The position numbers were made by a program, and so were the translations under genes. A stretch of DNA of 64,000 nucleotides from Lepidodermella squamata (taxonomy: Eukaryota > Animalia > Gastrotricha), in NCBI GenBank assembly GCA_047495785.1, contig JBLDXI010000024.1:434001-498000 (forward strand), given 5' to 3'. The notes beneath the pieces were generated by a model. That model worked only from the letters and a program-made list of their open reading frames with translations. It did not search any database and had not been told where the DNA came from. Positions 28,601 to 44,749 of the stretch are shown one piece after another (position 1 is the stretch's first letter; every line of letters begins with the position of its first letter).

Positions 28601-30148
28601 ATGTATTCTAGCAAGAAAGTTCTGGCTTTATCATTTCTTCTCGTTGTACAAACTGAAATATCAAACGGAGCGATATCACCAATGTCACCTTCGCCCCAGC
28701 TACCAATTAGTAAATAAACAATAATTTCATGTGCGAATTCGATTTTTGGTTTTTTTACATTATAGAATCAGGAGCTCGTTTGATAGCCAGCAACGTTACG
28801 TCGGCTAATACATGGATGCTGCTGCGAGGTTACACCTGTCTGAAGCCAATGGACATATTCCTCGAATCACCATCAGCTGTCGATCTGAGCAACGAATCAG
28901 AAGATGCATGCGTTCAAGCGTGCGCCACGTCGCCCGATTGCCGATTCTGCCAATGGCTAGATTTCAGGTTTCAACTAAATTTTATTCAATAATTACTTGA
29001 CGACGAAAGCTTCCCATTTGATATGATACCAGTGGTTTGTCAGACTCTGGTACCCAAAAATTCTGCTCTCTGTATGCAAAATTCGATACCTGTGAAGCTG
29101 TTCCAGCGGGCTATTTCGAGCGAGGCACAAGTTAGTTAATTGAACCTTAATTTTCTCCATTGCTCTGCTATTTCGCCTCATGTAGACAATGATTTCGTTC
29201 TGAGTCTCGGTAAATACTGCTCTATGACAGACGAGCCCATTACTCAGCGATCGGTCACCTTGGATATTGCGATAATGAACCAGAATTCGACCACGCCAGG
29301 CTCGCAAGATTGCCAACAGGAATGCTTGGCCGTTTCTTACGATGTGGGCAAATGCATAGGGTTTAATTACCTTCCGCAAGAATCCTTCTCCATTACTTCG
29401 AGCCAAGTAAGCTTATATCTTCAACAATTTTCAAGTTACTTAAGTACAAATTTAGGTCATGCCATGCTCCCAATTCGCCACTACCAAATGCCGGGAACTA
29501 TCTGAATCTAGGATTTTTGGCAAAGCGTTCACCATTGAAATGGCCAATGACGTTCGCCAGGCGCTAAAGCGGAGCAGACTGATTTCAGACCTAGACATCA
29601 ACGTTGTCACGATTTCGATCCAACCTGCAACAACGCTTGCACCAACGGTTCGCACAAGTGCCGCTGTTTCGAATGCTGGCAGCTCGGGATGGCAAACCAC
29701 CCGGCGGCCAAATATGACGGCAGCCTGGAATATGACAACTACTAATCCAGGGGACATGCCAACGACAACCCAAATGATTGTCAGTTCGAATGTGTTCATA
29801 AACGCCACGTCATCACCGCTTGGAATCAATGGCTCGGCAACCAACTCTTCAGGCTCCAATGTTGCGATAGGTAACGCCACTACAAATGCAGCTGTTGTCG
29901 CCACAAGCACAGCTCGACCGGTTACGATGTCAGTTTTCCAGCAACAAACTACTGTAGGCAGTGCCGCCACAACGGTTGCAGCGCCTAAAGGCGCGGAGGC
30001 CCAAAGTAAGCTTGATTAGTCCTGCCTTTTATAGTATTGTAAATATGCCAATGTTATTTCTGTAGAAAGTCCATCAGCTGCTTTCCGCACTGTCTCTGGA
30101 ATCAGTGTAGTCAGCTCCACACTGATAATCGTTATCCTTTTTCTCTGA
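28601..30148 (+). CDS. Secreted, probably GPI-anchored protein with two PAN/Apple-like Cys modules and a Ser/Thr mucin stalk
   Basis: Signal peptide MYSSKKVLALSFLLVVQTEISNG; ACVQACATSPDCRFC..FCSLY and DCQQECLAVSYDVGKCIGFNY resemble PAN modules; T/S/N-rich stalk; terminal hydrophobic SVVSSTLIIVILFL-stop with no cytoplasmic tail. Confidence 0.7.
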
Positions 30149-30618
30149 GCGAATATTTTGATCCTAAACTTATCCCAAATCCTGCCATGTAAATTGCATC
30201 CAGTTTACGTATCAAAAGCTTCTTAACTAACGTCCATCCATGTGTTGATAAGCAGTGGAATCGGTGGCCACATCTTCGTTCTTCGTTTTTTAATTTTAAT
30301 ATGTTATTTATACCTATTGTAATTATTTGCACCTCTTGATTATAGTTTTCTGTCGATAGAACTAGTCATGCCGGGCTTCAAGGTAGAGGCAGTTTGATGA
30401 TGCGGCCCAGAAATTATGAGCAACAAGAACGGAAAATGCAATAAAATTTATAGCACTGAATAATCCAATTATTCAAGTAAATTTATTTCACCATGTTATA
30501 TCAATTTCAATTATATCAGCATTAATCAGATCAAATATTGCAGGTTGGACATTTTCCCAGCGCATACTGTTTTCGTGCTATATAAAATTTCGGTTCAGAA
30601 CGAACGATTATTGTGGCT

Positions 30619-31455
30619 TCAATCGTCTTCGTCAGATGACTCGCTGAGATTCAAGTCGTCCTCTATAGGAAGAATGATAGGATGTGTGGTTCGATATGTA
30701 ATAATTAATCTTACTCAATATATTAATACGTCCGCCGGAAGTGGGAGCGCGGCCGTGGACTGACGTCGCCGGTTTCGCAGAAATGGAGCTGCCAGTATGG
30801 ACCGGTGACGTTTTTCTAGCGCCAGAAAATGGAACAGGTGGTTTCTTGACTTCTGCTTGCTTTGATGAGCTCGAAGGCATTTTTTTGTCAAAGCTACTAT
30901 GCTTCGGACTGCTGTCCAAAGATGCGTCCGATGAAGGATTAACTGGAGGTACCATACGGGCCGCGCCATCCCTAAGTGAACTCAAAGTGAACTGAAGTTC
31001 CAATAAAATAAATCATAATATACCTAGACTTTTTCACTTGTAATATGTTATTCAATCGTTCGAGAGTGCATTCGCCAGTAGTTGGATCATATATCAGAAT
31101 GCCCTCTTTCTGGCACGGTCGTTTGTTACCTTTAAAAACTGTTTGAGATCGCTCGCCGTCCTTCAGTAGAAATTATTCATGTATCGTATAGAACAATACC
31201 ATAAGGTTGAAACATACGGGAATGACTGTAACCTCGTTGCCATTTACAACCAGAGTTGACGGGGAATTCGGATCGATCGAAGCAGGCTTAAAATCGTCTG
31301 AAATCATGTCATTAGTTTATAGCTCAGGATTAAAAAATTGTCAAGGCTGTACATCGCAATGCATGGTAAGAATACTTGGATGAAGCAGGAGCAAAGCTGT
31401 CCCCGATCCGAAGTTTGTGCCTTCCAGCCAGTACAGCAGCAATATCCTCACCCAT
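30619..31455 (-). CDS. EAF: ELL-associated factor (EAF1/EAF2 family), multi-exon; the EAF-domain exons are absent from the ORF track
   Basis: Spliced: [75 protein letters not shown]; C-terminus [13 protein letters not shown]-stop. Confidence 0.9.
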
Positions 31456-32377
31456 TGTTAAGTCACCTGGAAAATATCGCAATCAATGGATGATGGATGA
31501 GAAAAGGTGGTAAACGGGTCTGCAGCATAATAGTACATGTATTACATAGCTATTTAACCAGTGAAATATATTGTTTAATCGTGGTGTCATTTATTTTGAA
31601 ATTGAGACTTGTGGTTCTCCATAGAACCATACAACACATGCAGCAAGAACAGATGCGGAGGATGAGAAGTGTTTCCCGAGATACACAACTTGTTCAAGGT
31701 TCAAGAAGATCTGAGCCTGGAATCTCAAATCGGTGATTCGAATTATTTGCTACACATAAAACTTTAGTGGGCAACACGGTACAGATTTGGGCCATGAGAA
31801 TAAGATTACGTTCCTTGGTCATTTTTTAACCTTCAACCCAGAAAGAATATAATCTCACTATAGTATATGTTTCAATCATATGGGCTGGGTACTTGGACCT
31901 TGGACTAATGTGATTTTCGCCAGCTGATTTCATTCCAAACAGTTTTAAAGAAGAATAGTGCCATCCAAAATCGGATATAGGATATCGCGTCTACTCCAGG
32001 CTCTAGGCTTTAACATTAGGCATGCCGAGAGTGCCAAAACAATGAATGCCGGCGATATTTTCTACCAATAGCCCTTTTTACATGCAGCAAGAATTTTCAT
32101 TAATTATATGTATCACCAAATTATTACAAGTTTATGTATAAAAAACAACTTTTCACAAATGACCTTCACTGTGTATTTTGGCGGTAAGATTCATCGACAT
32201 TTTTCAATCAAGTTTTTTGCGGAGTCTCTCGGACCTTTTGTGACTTATGACTTGTGTCGCTTTGCTATCCTAGAGGCGGGGTGCGGTAAAGCATGAAATT
32301 GCGACTTGAATGATATTCCCCTTAGAGATTTTCGCCTCTGGCTACAAGCAACCTGTTTTCATATTTGCCTTATTTAG

Positions 32378-34310
32378 ATGAAAACTCTTATTATAGTGTC
32401 TGCGATTTTCGCTGCTGCGTTAGCCTCAGTTCCGTGTGGCTCAAGCGGCAATTGCTGCAAGAGTGGCGAATCATGTTGCAATCTGGGCAATGGAACTTTC
32501 GGCTGCTTCCCTGAGACCGAGGTTGTAATTTCTCTTATTTTAGCTACAATATTTGAAATTTCTTGTTTTTAGGCTGTTTGTTGTGATGGATCGGCCTTCG
32601 CTTGCAAGAAAGATTTCGTTTGTCACATAAAATTTGGTATGTGCATCAACTCTGATATGGTAATCCCTCCAATGACTCCTAGCCACGCTGCGTCATCATG
32701 CACCGATCTCTCCACCCATTTCCATCACGTACAAGCACGATGTGGGCCCAATGGTCTCTGCAATGACAACTTCACTTGTTGCCCAAATGCCAAGCCAAGT
32801 AAATCATTTTGAGCCAAGTTATTCGTATGAATTCATTAGCTTTCAGGCCCAGCGTGTTGTCCGCTGCCGAACGCCGTTTGCTGTCAAGATTTGATTCATT
32901 GCTGCCCAGGCGGGTATACCTGCGATACGGGCAAGCAAGGGTAAGTTCAAACACGGGCGCGGGAATTTTAAGGCTACCACGAATTTAACATACATATTCT
33001 AGATGCGTTCCTTCCAAAGAAATCAGCTCGAAGAGAATCATTAAGCCTTCAGAGTCACCAGTAAATGCAGTAGCGCCTCTTCCCAAAGCAGTTTTCTGCC
33101 CAGACCATAGTGTATGCTTCGACAATCAGACGTGCTGCGCTCTGAAAGATGGCCGATTTGGCTGCTGCCCAATTAGAGACGGCGTCTGTTGCGCTGATGG
33201 TCTTCACTGTTGTCCTAAACATACCACGTGTGATCCTGATCATCAACAGTGTATTCAAGACGGACCCGATTTCCTTGATTTTGTGCAAACTAAACCGACG
33301 AAGTCAATCCAAAATGTTCACGAACTGTCGTCCAAGACGGCTTTTACCAAAGAAATCGTTTGTCCGAACCCAGCCTACAAATGCCCTGACGGTACTACTT
33401 GCTGCCAGGTCAATGGAGGATATGGATGCTGCCCTTTTGCTAACGTGAGTGTAGTGATTTTATTATACGGTCAATAATATGTACTTTTTATTAGGCTGTT
33501 TGCTGTGCTGATGGAAGCAACTGCTGCCCGAGTAACTACACTTGCGACAATCAACACCAGCGATGTGTTCAATCGCCGTGGTTGATGAACTCAAATGTTT
33601 TCGTTCAACCACTGCATAAAACTGGTTCGCGTACCATCAGAAACGACAAAGTCGTTAGAGAGCAAAGTTTTGCTAATGGTCGATTGGTTACCGAAGTTTT
33701 GTGCCCTGATAACTCGTCGGTTTGCGACGACGGAACCACTTGCTGCCAAATGGCCGATGGTACCTACGGCTGCTGTCCCTACGTTAACGCCACCTGCTGT
33801 GCAGATCACCAACACTGTTGCCCTGCAGGTTACACCTGTGATTTGGTTCATCAACAATGCACCCAAAGTGGATTCAATAGGCACATGCCGATGAGCATTG
33901 TTTTCATTGAAACTGTCATCCAAGATGACACTGCTCCCCTTCAACAAGTGACAGGCGAAGAAGCTGACCAGGAAGTCGGCACGCAGATGTTCGGGGAGAT
34001 TTTATCCTTTTTGGACAAAATCATCACCAGTGGTCTGATGGAGAAACCTTTCATTCCGGATTCAAAGCCGGTCGAGTCACAGACTACATGCTCTGTCATC
34101 GATGCATTAATGATTGGCTGTCCTTCGGGCACGTCATGCTGCCGTCCAGTTGGAGAAAACGAAAAGGCAATCTGCTGTCCGGGTAGCGGATCAGTCTCGT
34201 GTTGCGCTGGTGGGTTTTGCTGCCCTGAAAATCACGAGTGCAACGCCTTGACGTCAACGTGTCAGCGCTCTGTCTCAAATGATCGTCAACAAGAAGATTT
34301 GATCGCATAA
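32378..34310 (+). CDS. GRN: Progranulin-like precursor, several granulin modules
   Basis: Signal peptide [17 protein letters not shown]; repeated C-x-CC-x-CC-x-CC-x-DxxHCCP-x-C modules, e.g. [46 protein letters not shown]. Confidence 0.92.
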
Positions 34311-36463
34311 ACATTACATATTTTTTTGGACCTTTGCATGAATGATTATCTTGAAACTATATTGATAGAGCAACGGATTGAGTTTCGATTGAGTAGCTAA
34401 AAAAGCAAAAGTCATTTTATTGTCTTTCGAGCTTCTGAATTATTCCTTTATAAAGTCTTCCGGTTGGTGATTGCAAGTGCGATTTTTGATATAAATTTCC
34501 AAAATGAAGATTATTCTGTTGAACCAACTATGACCAAGTACAATTTCTAATGAAAATTGCGAAACGTATCAAGCAATAAAAATTTCGATTCTATTATTTA
34601 TTGCGTTTTGCTATCAATCCAGCTTTCAATTTTTTGGCCTAAGCTTAACGGGCAGATCGAGTCAGCGAGATAAGTTGAACGGAAAATGCATGTCAAAGGG
34701 CTTGACACCCTGTCGTAGAAAGGCAATCATAATTACCACTCAGCAATACTACTAAAAGATAGCATCAGATAAGAAAGGCGCATGTGTAGAACGTGAAGCG
34801 TTGAGGCTAAGTTAGGGTTTATACAAGCTTGTACGAGCCGTAAAGAGATTTTAAAAACATTCATATATCATGAGCTTTTTACAAGGAAATAATTTCAAAC
34901 ATAATCATAACCAAGTACAGAAATCGTGCTACCAGGGCATATCATCTCATGCCATTTCGTTGCACGAGTCGACGTTCAAACTTCAAACAAACAACCGCAT
35001 TAATTCGCGAAATGTTAGCATGCGCGCAACTGGTCGGTGCGGCACGCGGCTCGTGTCCACCAAACTTCACATAAGGTAGAAAGCTTAGCCACCATCGCCC
35101 TACTGCCGTTCAACAACCGCATTGAGCGATGCGGCAGCTTGTTTCGCGTGAAGGCGGAGCGCATTACTATACGGGGGCTATGCGTGCGCGTAATTTTACG
35201 GTTTTACGATTTTTTTAAAAGCGCACAAGTGGTCATAAGACTATAAGATATAAAGAATACAAACTAAGGTCATCATCATCATCATCGTGTATATGAATGC
35301 AATAAATATGTATGCGGCTGAACACGCCGGTGCCGCTATAGCAATCCCATAACCACCTATAATACACGCTAACCCTGCCGCTGCCCCCCAGAATTTTTTC
35401 GCATCCTTCTTTTCGAATAATACTTAGATAGCTTGCCGTATAAGTTGGCGCTGCTGTGGCTTGTCATGCCGTTTTGGTTAACACGTGCAGCCCTTCATGC
35501 GCACTTTTCTCTTTAGCGCGTGTATTATATATTACGTAAAGTACAAGATTATTATAATCACATGCCAGCAGCAGAGTGGCAGAGGCGCATCTTGAAATTT
35601 TCATTTTATTTCGTTCGTGCGTTGTGGGCTTTTCGGAGAAATTCATCTAGCATGCGCCTCATGTTATTATTAACACGGGCGAGCGTACGTGCGGGCAATG
35701 CGGCCGCACTAACGGGTCATTGATGCCATTGCTATCACGTTCGAACAGTGTTGGGATCAGCACATTCACCGTTCATACCCGGGAGAAGGACTAGCGGAAA
35801 CGGCATTTGCGTTGTTTTAGCACTTCAAGTGTAAAGTTATTATAGGAATAGGTTATTATATTATGGCGGGATGGTGTATCGCTAAGTTACACCGATTGCC
35901 ACAACCTTAAAATGCACTGTCAACCCTCATTGTAACAATTGTGCGCTTTTTAGCAAAGTGATTATTATCCTCATCTTCTCGGGTCACAACGGCGACACGC
36001 TCGCACCGAGTGTGAGTTGGTACGCAACGGGAAGTGAGATGCGTGGCTGCGCATAATTTTATTGAAAAAACATTTTTCGCGCTTCACTTGGATCTTCGCC
36101 ACATATGCTCTATTACCATTATAATGGCCTAAACTTGTATCCATTTAACTTGAACATTGCTTACAAATACAAATATTTGTTTAAGGCACTGAAAGTTTCT
36201 AACTCTGGTTTATGAATGTAATTCATCTTCCGCTGTCGACGTTTTGCAATGTGGCTAATGACGACCTCTTTCGACTCTTAAACTGGAATATATTATACGC
36301 TTCTTAATATTATCAAACGCTGAGTGACTCGTTTGACGGTCTATTGTTTCAAGTGAATTCAGCTAGCTTTCATGTTGGAACCGATGCGGAATGCTCCGAG
36401 AGAATTTTTCGCTGAAAACTTTACTATTGTTCTCTTTTATAGAGACCGGTTTTCCCTATTGAA

Positions 36464-39449
36464 ATGCTGCAGAAACGGCGTCTACTGGCGGCGCCTAGAG
36501 TTGCAGCGCTTATTAGTCTTTTCTTAATATTCGGATCGGGTAAGCTAGTTATTTAGGTATTAAACGGAATGACGGATGCGGTGTTTTCTTAGCGGCTGCA
36601 ATTGACGACAGCATGCTTTCGCAATTACTCGCGAGCGTGGGCCTTGCCGGCGACGATAGCAATCAAGACATTGCTTCTCAGGCTGACACCTTGTTGTCAG
36701 CTGATTCTGGAGCAAATCCGCTTCCAGTGGCCGGCTCTGGAGTCACCCACAAGCCTAACCCTACATTCATGCTTCTTGGTGGCGATGCCGTAGCTGGTGA
36801 GGTCGTCGACGGCGGCAACGCTTTTGTTGGATCCTTCGGCAGTTTGCTTGCCGAAGAAACCGACAATGCGACCGATTCGCTGATCGATCGCGGTCGTGGT
36901 CGTCGCGTAATTTATCATGATTTTGATGTTATTTAGGTAATTATATCGCGATTTTCCGCTAGCAATGGGGCATTACCGGCGCCAGTGGACCCCGCAGAGA
37001 CACACGGCCGTCTACGTGCCAAACTACCTGCTCTTGCTTGCAAGAGGCTGGCCCCACTGGACCTCCTGGACCTCAAGGATCTCCTGGTCCACGTGGTCCT
37101 CAAGGATCAGAAGGCCCAATGGGACCACCGGGCAATTCCGGATTGAAGGGCGAAATTGGTCGCCCTGGTGTACCTGGTCGCGATGGCGGCAGCGGAATCA
37201 AGGGCGAACCTGGTCAACCTGGCACAGCTGGCCAGCCTGGTCAGAAGGGTGAAGTTGGTCCACAGGGCAAGGTCGGTCCGTCAGGGCCATCTGGCCAATC
37301 AGGCCAACCTGGGCAGAAGGGAGAGCGTGGTGTCGACGGCAGAGATGGATGCAACGGTGCCGATGGACGCAACGGTGTAACAGGTTATCCCGGTCGTCAA
37401 GGCCCTCAAGGTCCTGACGGTCCTACCGGTCGCAAGGGTGAGCCAGGTACTGCCGACCCTCTGCCAGGCGCTAAGGGTGAGCGCGGCCCCTACGGCGAGA
37501 AGGGCAGCACAGGACGAGACTGTCGCGACGGCTATCCTGGTGCCCGTGGTGAGAAGGGCGATCGCGGTAGCGATGGCGATGCTGGATTCCGCGGCTTACC
37601 TGGTCCAGCTGGTCCTAAAGGATACCCCGGACCCTACAGATCTGGTGTTAAAGGACAGAAGGGCGAAAAAGGCGATATCGGAGAGAGAGGCGAGGTTAGA
37701 ATAACATTGCCTGTCACAAACAACTCGATAGCTTATTTTAACCTATTAGTTTGGCCCTCAAGGTGCTCCAGGTGCTAAGGGCGAAAAAGGCTTGCGAGGT
37801 AAACTTGGAAAATCAAATAATATTCTTCCTATGTGCAAAACCATATATTCTTCATTATCCAGGCCGTGAGGGTGGTCAAGGCCAAGACATTGTCGTCTTT
37901 GGACTACCGGGAACTCGAGGTGCTCCCGGTCCTCAAGGTGATCGCGGTGAACCTGGTCCTCGTGGCCAAACTGGCGAGCGTGGACCTGGCGGTAGCCTCG
38001 GGCCGAGAGGTTTGCAGAGGGAAACGCTTTAAGAACCGGATTTTTGTACAAGTATAATTTTTAGGCGAGCCTGGTGACATTGGACCCGACGGTCCTCAAG
38101 GTTTCCCTGGCGACTGCCAATCCTCCACCAACCTTATTAACGGTGACAAGGGTGACCGTGGCTTCCGTGGTGCACCTGGCGTTGACGGCATGCCCGGACC
38201 TCGCGGCTCCCCCGGATTCAAGGGCGAACCCGGTCGTCCTGGTCCGGAAGGTCCCGCAGGCAGTCGTGGTGAGTCTGGCAGAGACGGTTTCGATGGCCCG
38301 AAAGGTCAGCCTGGCCCTGATGGTGATGGCCGTCCTGGACCAGCTGGTCCTTCTGGTGACAGAGGTGAACGCGGTCGTCGTGGCCCTTCTGGATTCCCAG
38401 GTAACTCCAGCACTTGAAATGTAACGCTCAATTTTATTTATGATGTCGGCAACAGGTCCTCAGGGCGAGAAGGGTGATAACATGTTCGGCCCGCCCGGAC
38501 CGAAAGGTCGTCGTGGTCCATCAGGTCCTCCGGGACCTCGCGGTCAGCCAGGTCCCGTTGGGCAACAAGGCGATCGTGGCCTTCCTGGCCTAGATGGTGA
38601 CATTGGTATTGTCGGTGATCGAGGTGACACTGGTGATGCGTGCAGTGGTCTGTTGACAAGCTACGTCTACACCATCCATTCGCAGTCGACTGAAGTCCCA
38701 GTCTGCCCCCAAAGCGACCACGTTCAACTCTGGGCCGGTTACAGTTTGCTGCACACCGAAGACGAAGGCCGTGCATTCGTCCAAGATCTCGGCCGACCAG
38801 GCTCATGCGTCCGCCAGTTCGATGCTATGCCTTTTATCTTCTGCGGCGCCAACGAAGTTTGCACATGGGGCGCCCGCACAGCTACGTCATATTGGCTCGC
38901 TAGTGACACCCGTCGTGACTACATTAGCCTTTACGGCCTTGATGACTCGCGTGAGAGACCTCTTCGTTCCGACGAAGAGAAATTGCGCCAGATTTCGCGA
39001 TGCGCAGTTTGCCTGTCATACGGTCCTCTCATGGCCGTTCACTCGCAAAACTCCTCTGTCCCAGATTGCCCATCGCCGCAGTGGCAATCCCTGTGGATGG
39101 GCTACAGCTTCGCCATGGTAAGAAGTGAAAATACCTAGAAAATACCGAATAACTAAATGATCTTGCTTTAAAAACCTAGCACACAGTCGGCGTGATGGGT
39201 GGTGGCCAGTTCTTGGAGTCGCCCGGCAGTTGCTTGTCTGATTTCCGTCACCATCCCTATGTTGAGTGCACAGCAAGAGGAGAGTGCGCTTACTACTCGG
39301 AGAAAATGTCCTACTGGCTCGTCGCGAGTGACAAGATGACCCGGTCGTTCTCGAATGCCGTCATTAGGAAACGCGAAGAAGCTGTTAGCAGTATTTCTCG
39401 ATGCCGCGTATGCACTCTTCGTACATCAAACAGGCCTCAACGCGCGTAA
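36464..39449 (+). CDS. Short type IV-like collagen chain A (861 aa, 8 coding exons)
   Basis: Exons 36464-36539, 36593-36906, 36963-37694, 37750-37798, 37863-38009, 38065-38400, 38456-39117, 39180-39449 give one open frame: signal peptide, acidic propeptide, CxxxCxC, Gly-X-Y aa160-613, NC1 with two C4 repeats and 12 Cys. Confidence 0.92.
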
Positions 39450-40074
39450 TCATCTGTTAACGATATCTATTCGACTTACTCTTTATAGACTGTTGATAAA
39501 ATACTGAAAACTGTCGCTTTTACTTTGAAAAATGTGTCACACACCCGCTTTTATATCTAAATGTCTCTATTTGCGGTCATTCAAGGGGCTACAATACCAT
39601 TCTTGGCTTAGTGAGGCACAGCTGATTGAATATATTTTCATATTATGATACTTCGCGAGTTCCCGGTATTAACCTCCCCTAGCCGTCGAGGTTCTTCTCC
39701 ACGAGTACGCTATATTTTCTTGCGCAAAAACTCGCTTGGAACAGAATGATTTACTATCGAAATTGTTTCGTCTACCTTGTCACGAAATGTCTGCAATTTC
39801 AACAACTCATACGAAAATTATATAGACTGCCATTGCTAAATTTTATGTTTTTTACGTATTTTTATCGCTGTGCCCGTTAACTAATATTTGAAAATACCGG
39901 GGAATATCCGAGTTATCTGAGGAATGATGCGTTTGGGCGAAATCTTCCAACATATCGCCGTGAATTTCTACATCGAATCGCCATGTTTGATTTTTTGAGA
40001 CAAGAAAAAATACTGTTTAAGCGCGATGCTAAAGTTCTTTCCATATTTTAGGTCAGCTTGATCACATTGTTAAC

Positions 40075-43089
<3,015 letters not shown>

Positions 43090-44749
43090 ACTATAGCCTC
43101 GTCACAGTATAATCATTATCAAATTATTAACAACAAAAACTTCCATAGGAGAACAAATCCATATCACTCTCTTTTTGAATGATGAATGGCTTTTTAAGGA
43201 CGCTTTTGATAAAGTTCAGCAATTTGCCAATAACTACCCCCGAGTCCCGGTACTGCCATTGCTTCTGATGTTTTGGTGAAGTATTTTCAATAGCTTATGT
43301 CATCTGCCTAAAAGCGGGCATACCTCTGACCCGCCGACTCAGACTCTTTTCTCGCAAGTTTTAACACTCATGCGTTGTTTAACGGCTGACCGTGGTTCGT
43401 CATTGGTTTTTCTGCTATTTTTATGTCGTCTAACAAATTACCTTGATATTATGTGAACGAACAAAAAGCGGACTTATTTTCTACCAGCTATATAAAGTGA
43501 CAAAATATTTTTCTTGTGTATGTGTCTTTGTTCACATTTTCAACTGCCAACATATGGATAGTCGTGTGTGCCTGAAGTTATGGGCTATCGAATTCGGAAG
43601 GTAATTTGCGGTTTTTCATGTTTTATTTTTCCTTCTAAATAAAAAACGAAAATAAAAGGAATGGAAGGCGATAATGAAAGAAGGAAAATATGCGACAAGC
43701 ATTATCATCTTTACAACGATGGGAAATAAAATCCGAATAGACAGCTATCTTGATCGCGGTATTACAATTTATTCAACGTGTACCTTTCAAGTCAGCTTAA
43801 AGTCATTTCGCTCGCTAAACCTAAAATACCTCGCAAGATTATAGCGTAAAAATGAACGCATAGAATTCATCTATGGGTTCAAAATAAAGCTAATCATCCC
43901 CCGAAAGAACTGGATTCCTCAATGAAAAGAACGGGTTTAGTTTCAGCAATAACTGGAGTTCTAGATGGTTGAAGGGCGTTGTTTTCATGGGCTTGATGGC
44001 ATCAAAAGATGCAAAGCCATTACACATTATTCTGTGGAACGAAATGCAAAAGTCTGAAAAATTAAATTGCCGCCTCTCTGTTTGGCCTTTTGACGCAATG
44101 AATTAAGAGACTATGAAAACCACAAACTCAGCAGCAGCGGAGATGGGCCTCCCTCTGAAATGGTAAAAGAGCGGTCTTGTTTTTATTTTTGATTCATCGT
44201 CGCTTCGCGAGTATTTTTCAATGCCGCGCGCAAAATTAGGCGCACATGTCATTGTCGCCGGCGTTGTTGACGATTGAGCGCGAGAGGCGAGCGCAAAAAC
44301 GGTGCAGCAGCCGCGCGCGCTGTCGAAACAACACATAACGCGAAAATATGAACCAGCAAGCGCGCATGTGTGGCGCACCCAGCCTTGTCGTATATCGCCG
44401 TATTTTTGCGCTACACGAAAACGTCAGGCGGCGCTCTTTACCGCACTGCGCGCTATAGTTATGCTTTTTGTTTCATGCTTTGTTAGAAAGTGCGCTCGCC
44501 GAACTTTCATCGGCTCAACAAACAATCATCAGACGCTATTAGTGTAAAAGCGTGCGCGACGCTTGAATAAGCTGTGGATTTTATAGTGACTTCGTACCCT
44601 AATTAAACTTGCCTTTAGTATCCCTAAACTTCCTCCCCAGTTTCTATTGTTTGGTTTTTTTTGTTTCCGGTGCTCGATTATCGCGCCTTAATTACACTTA
44701 ATTTTGACATTTTTTCTTCAGAACCTTCAAGATCTGTCCAAACTACGAA

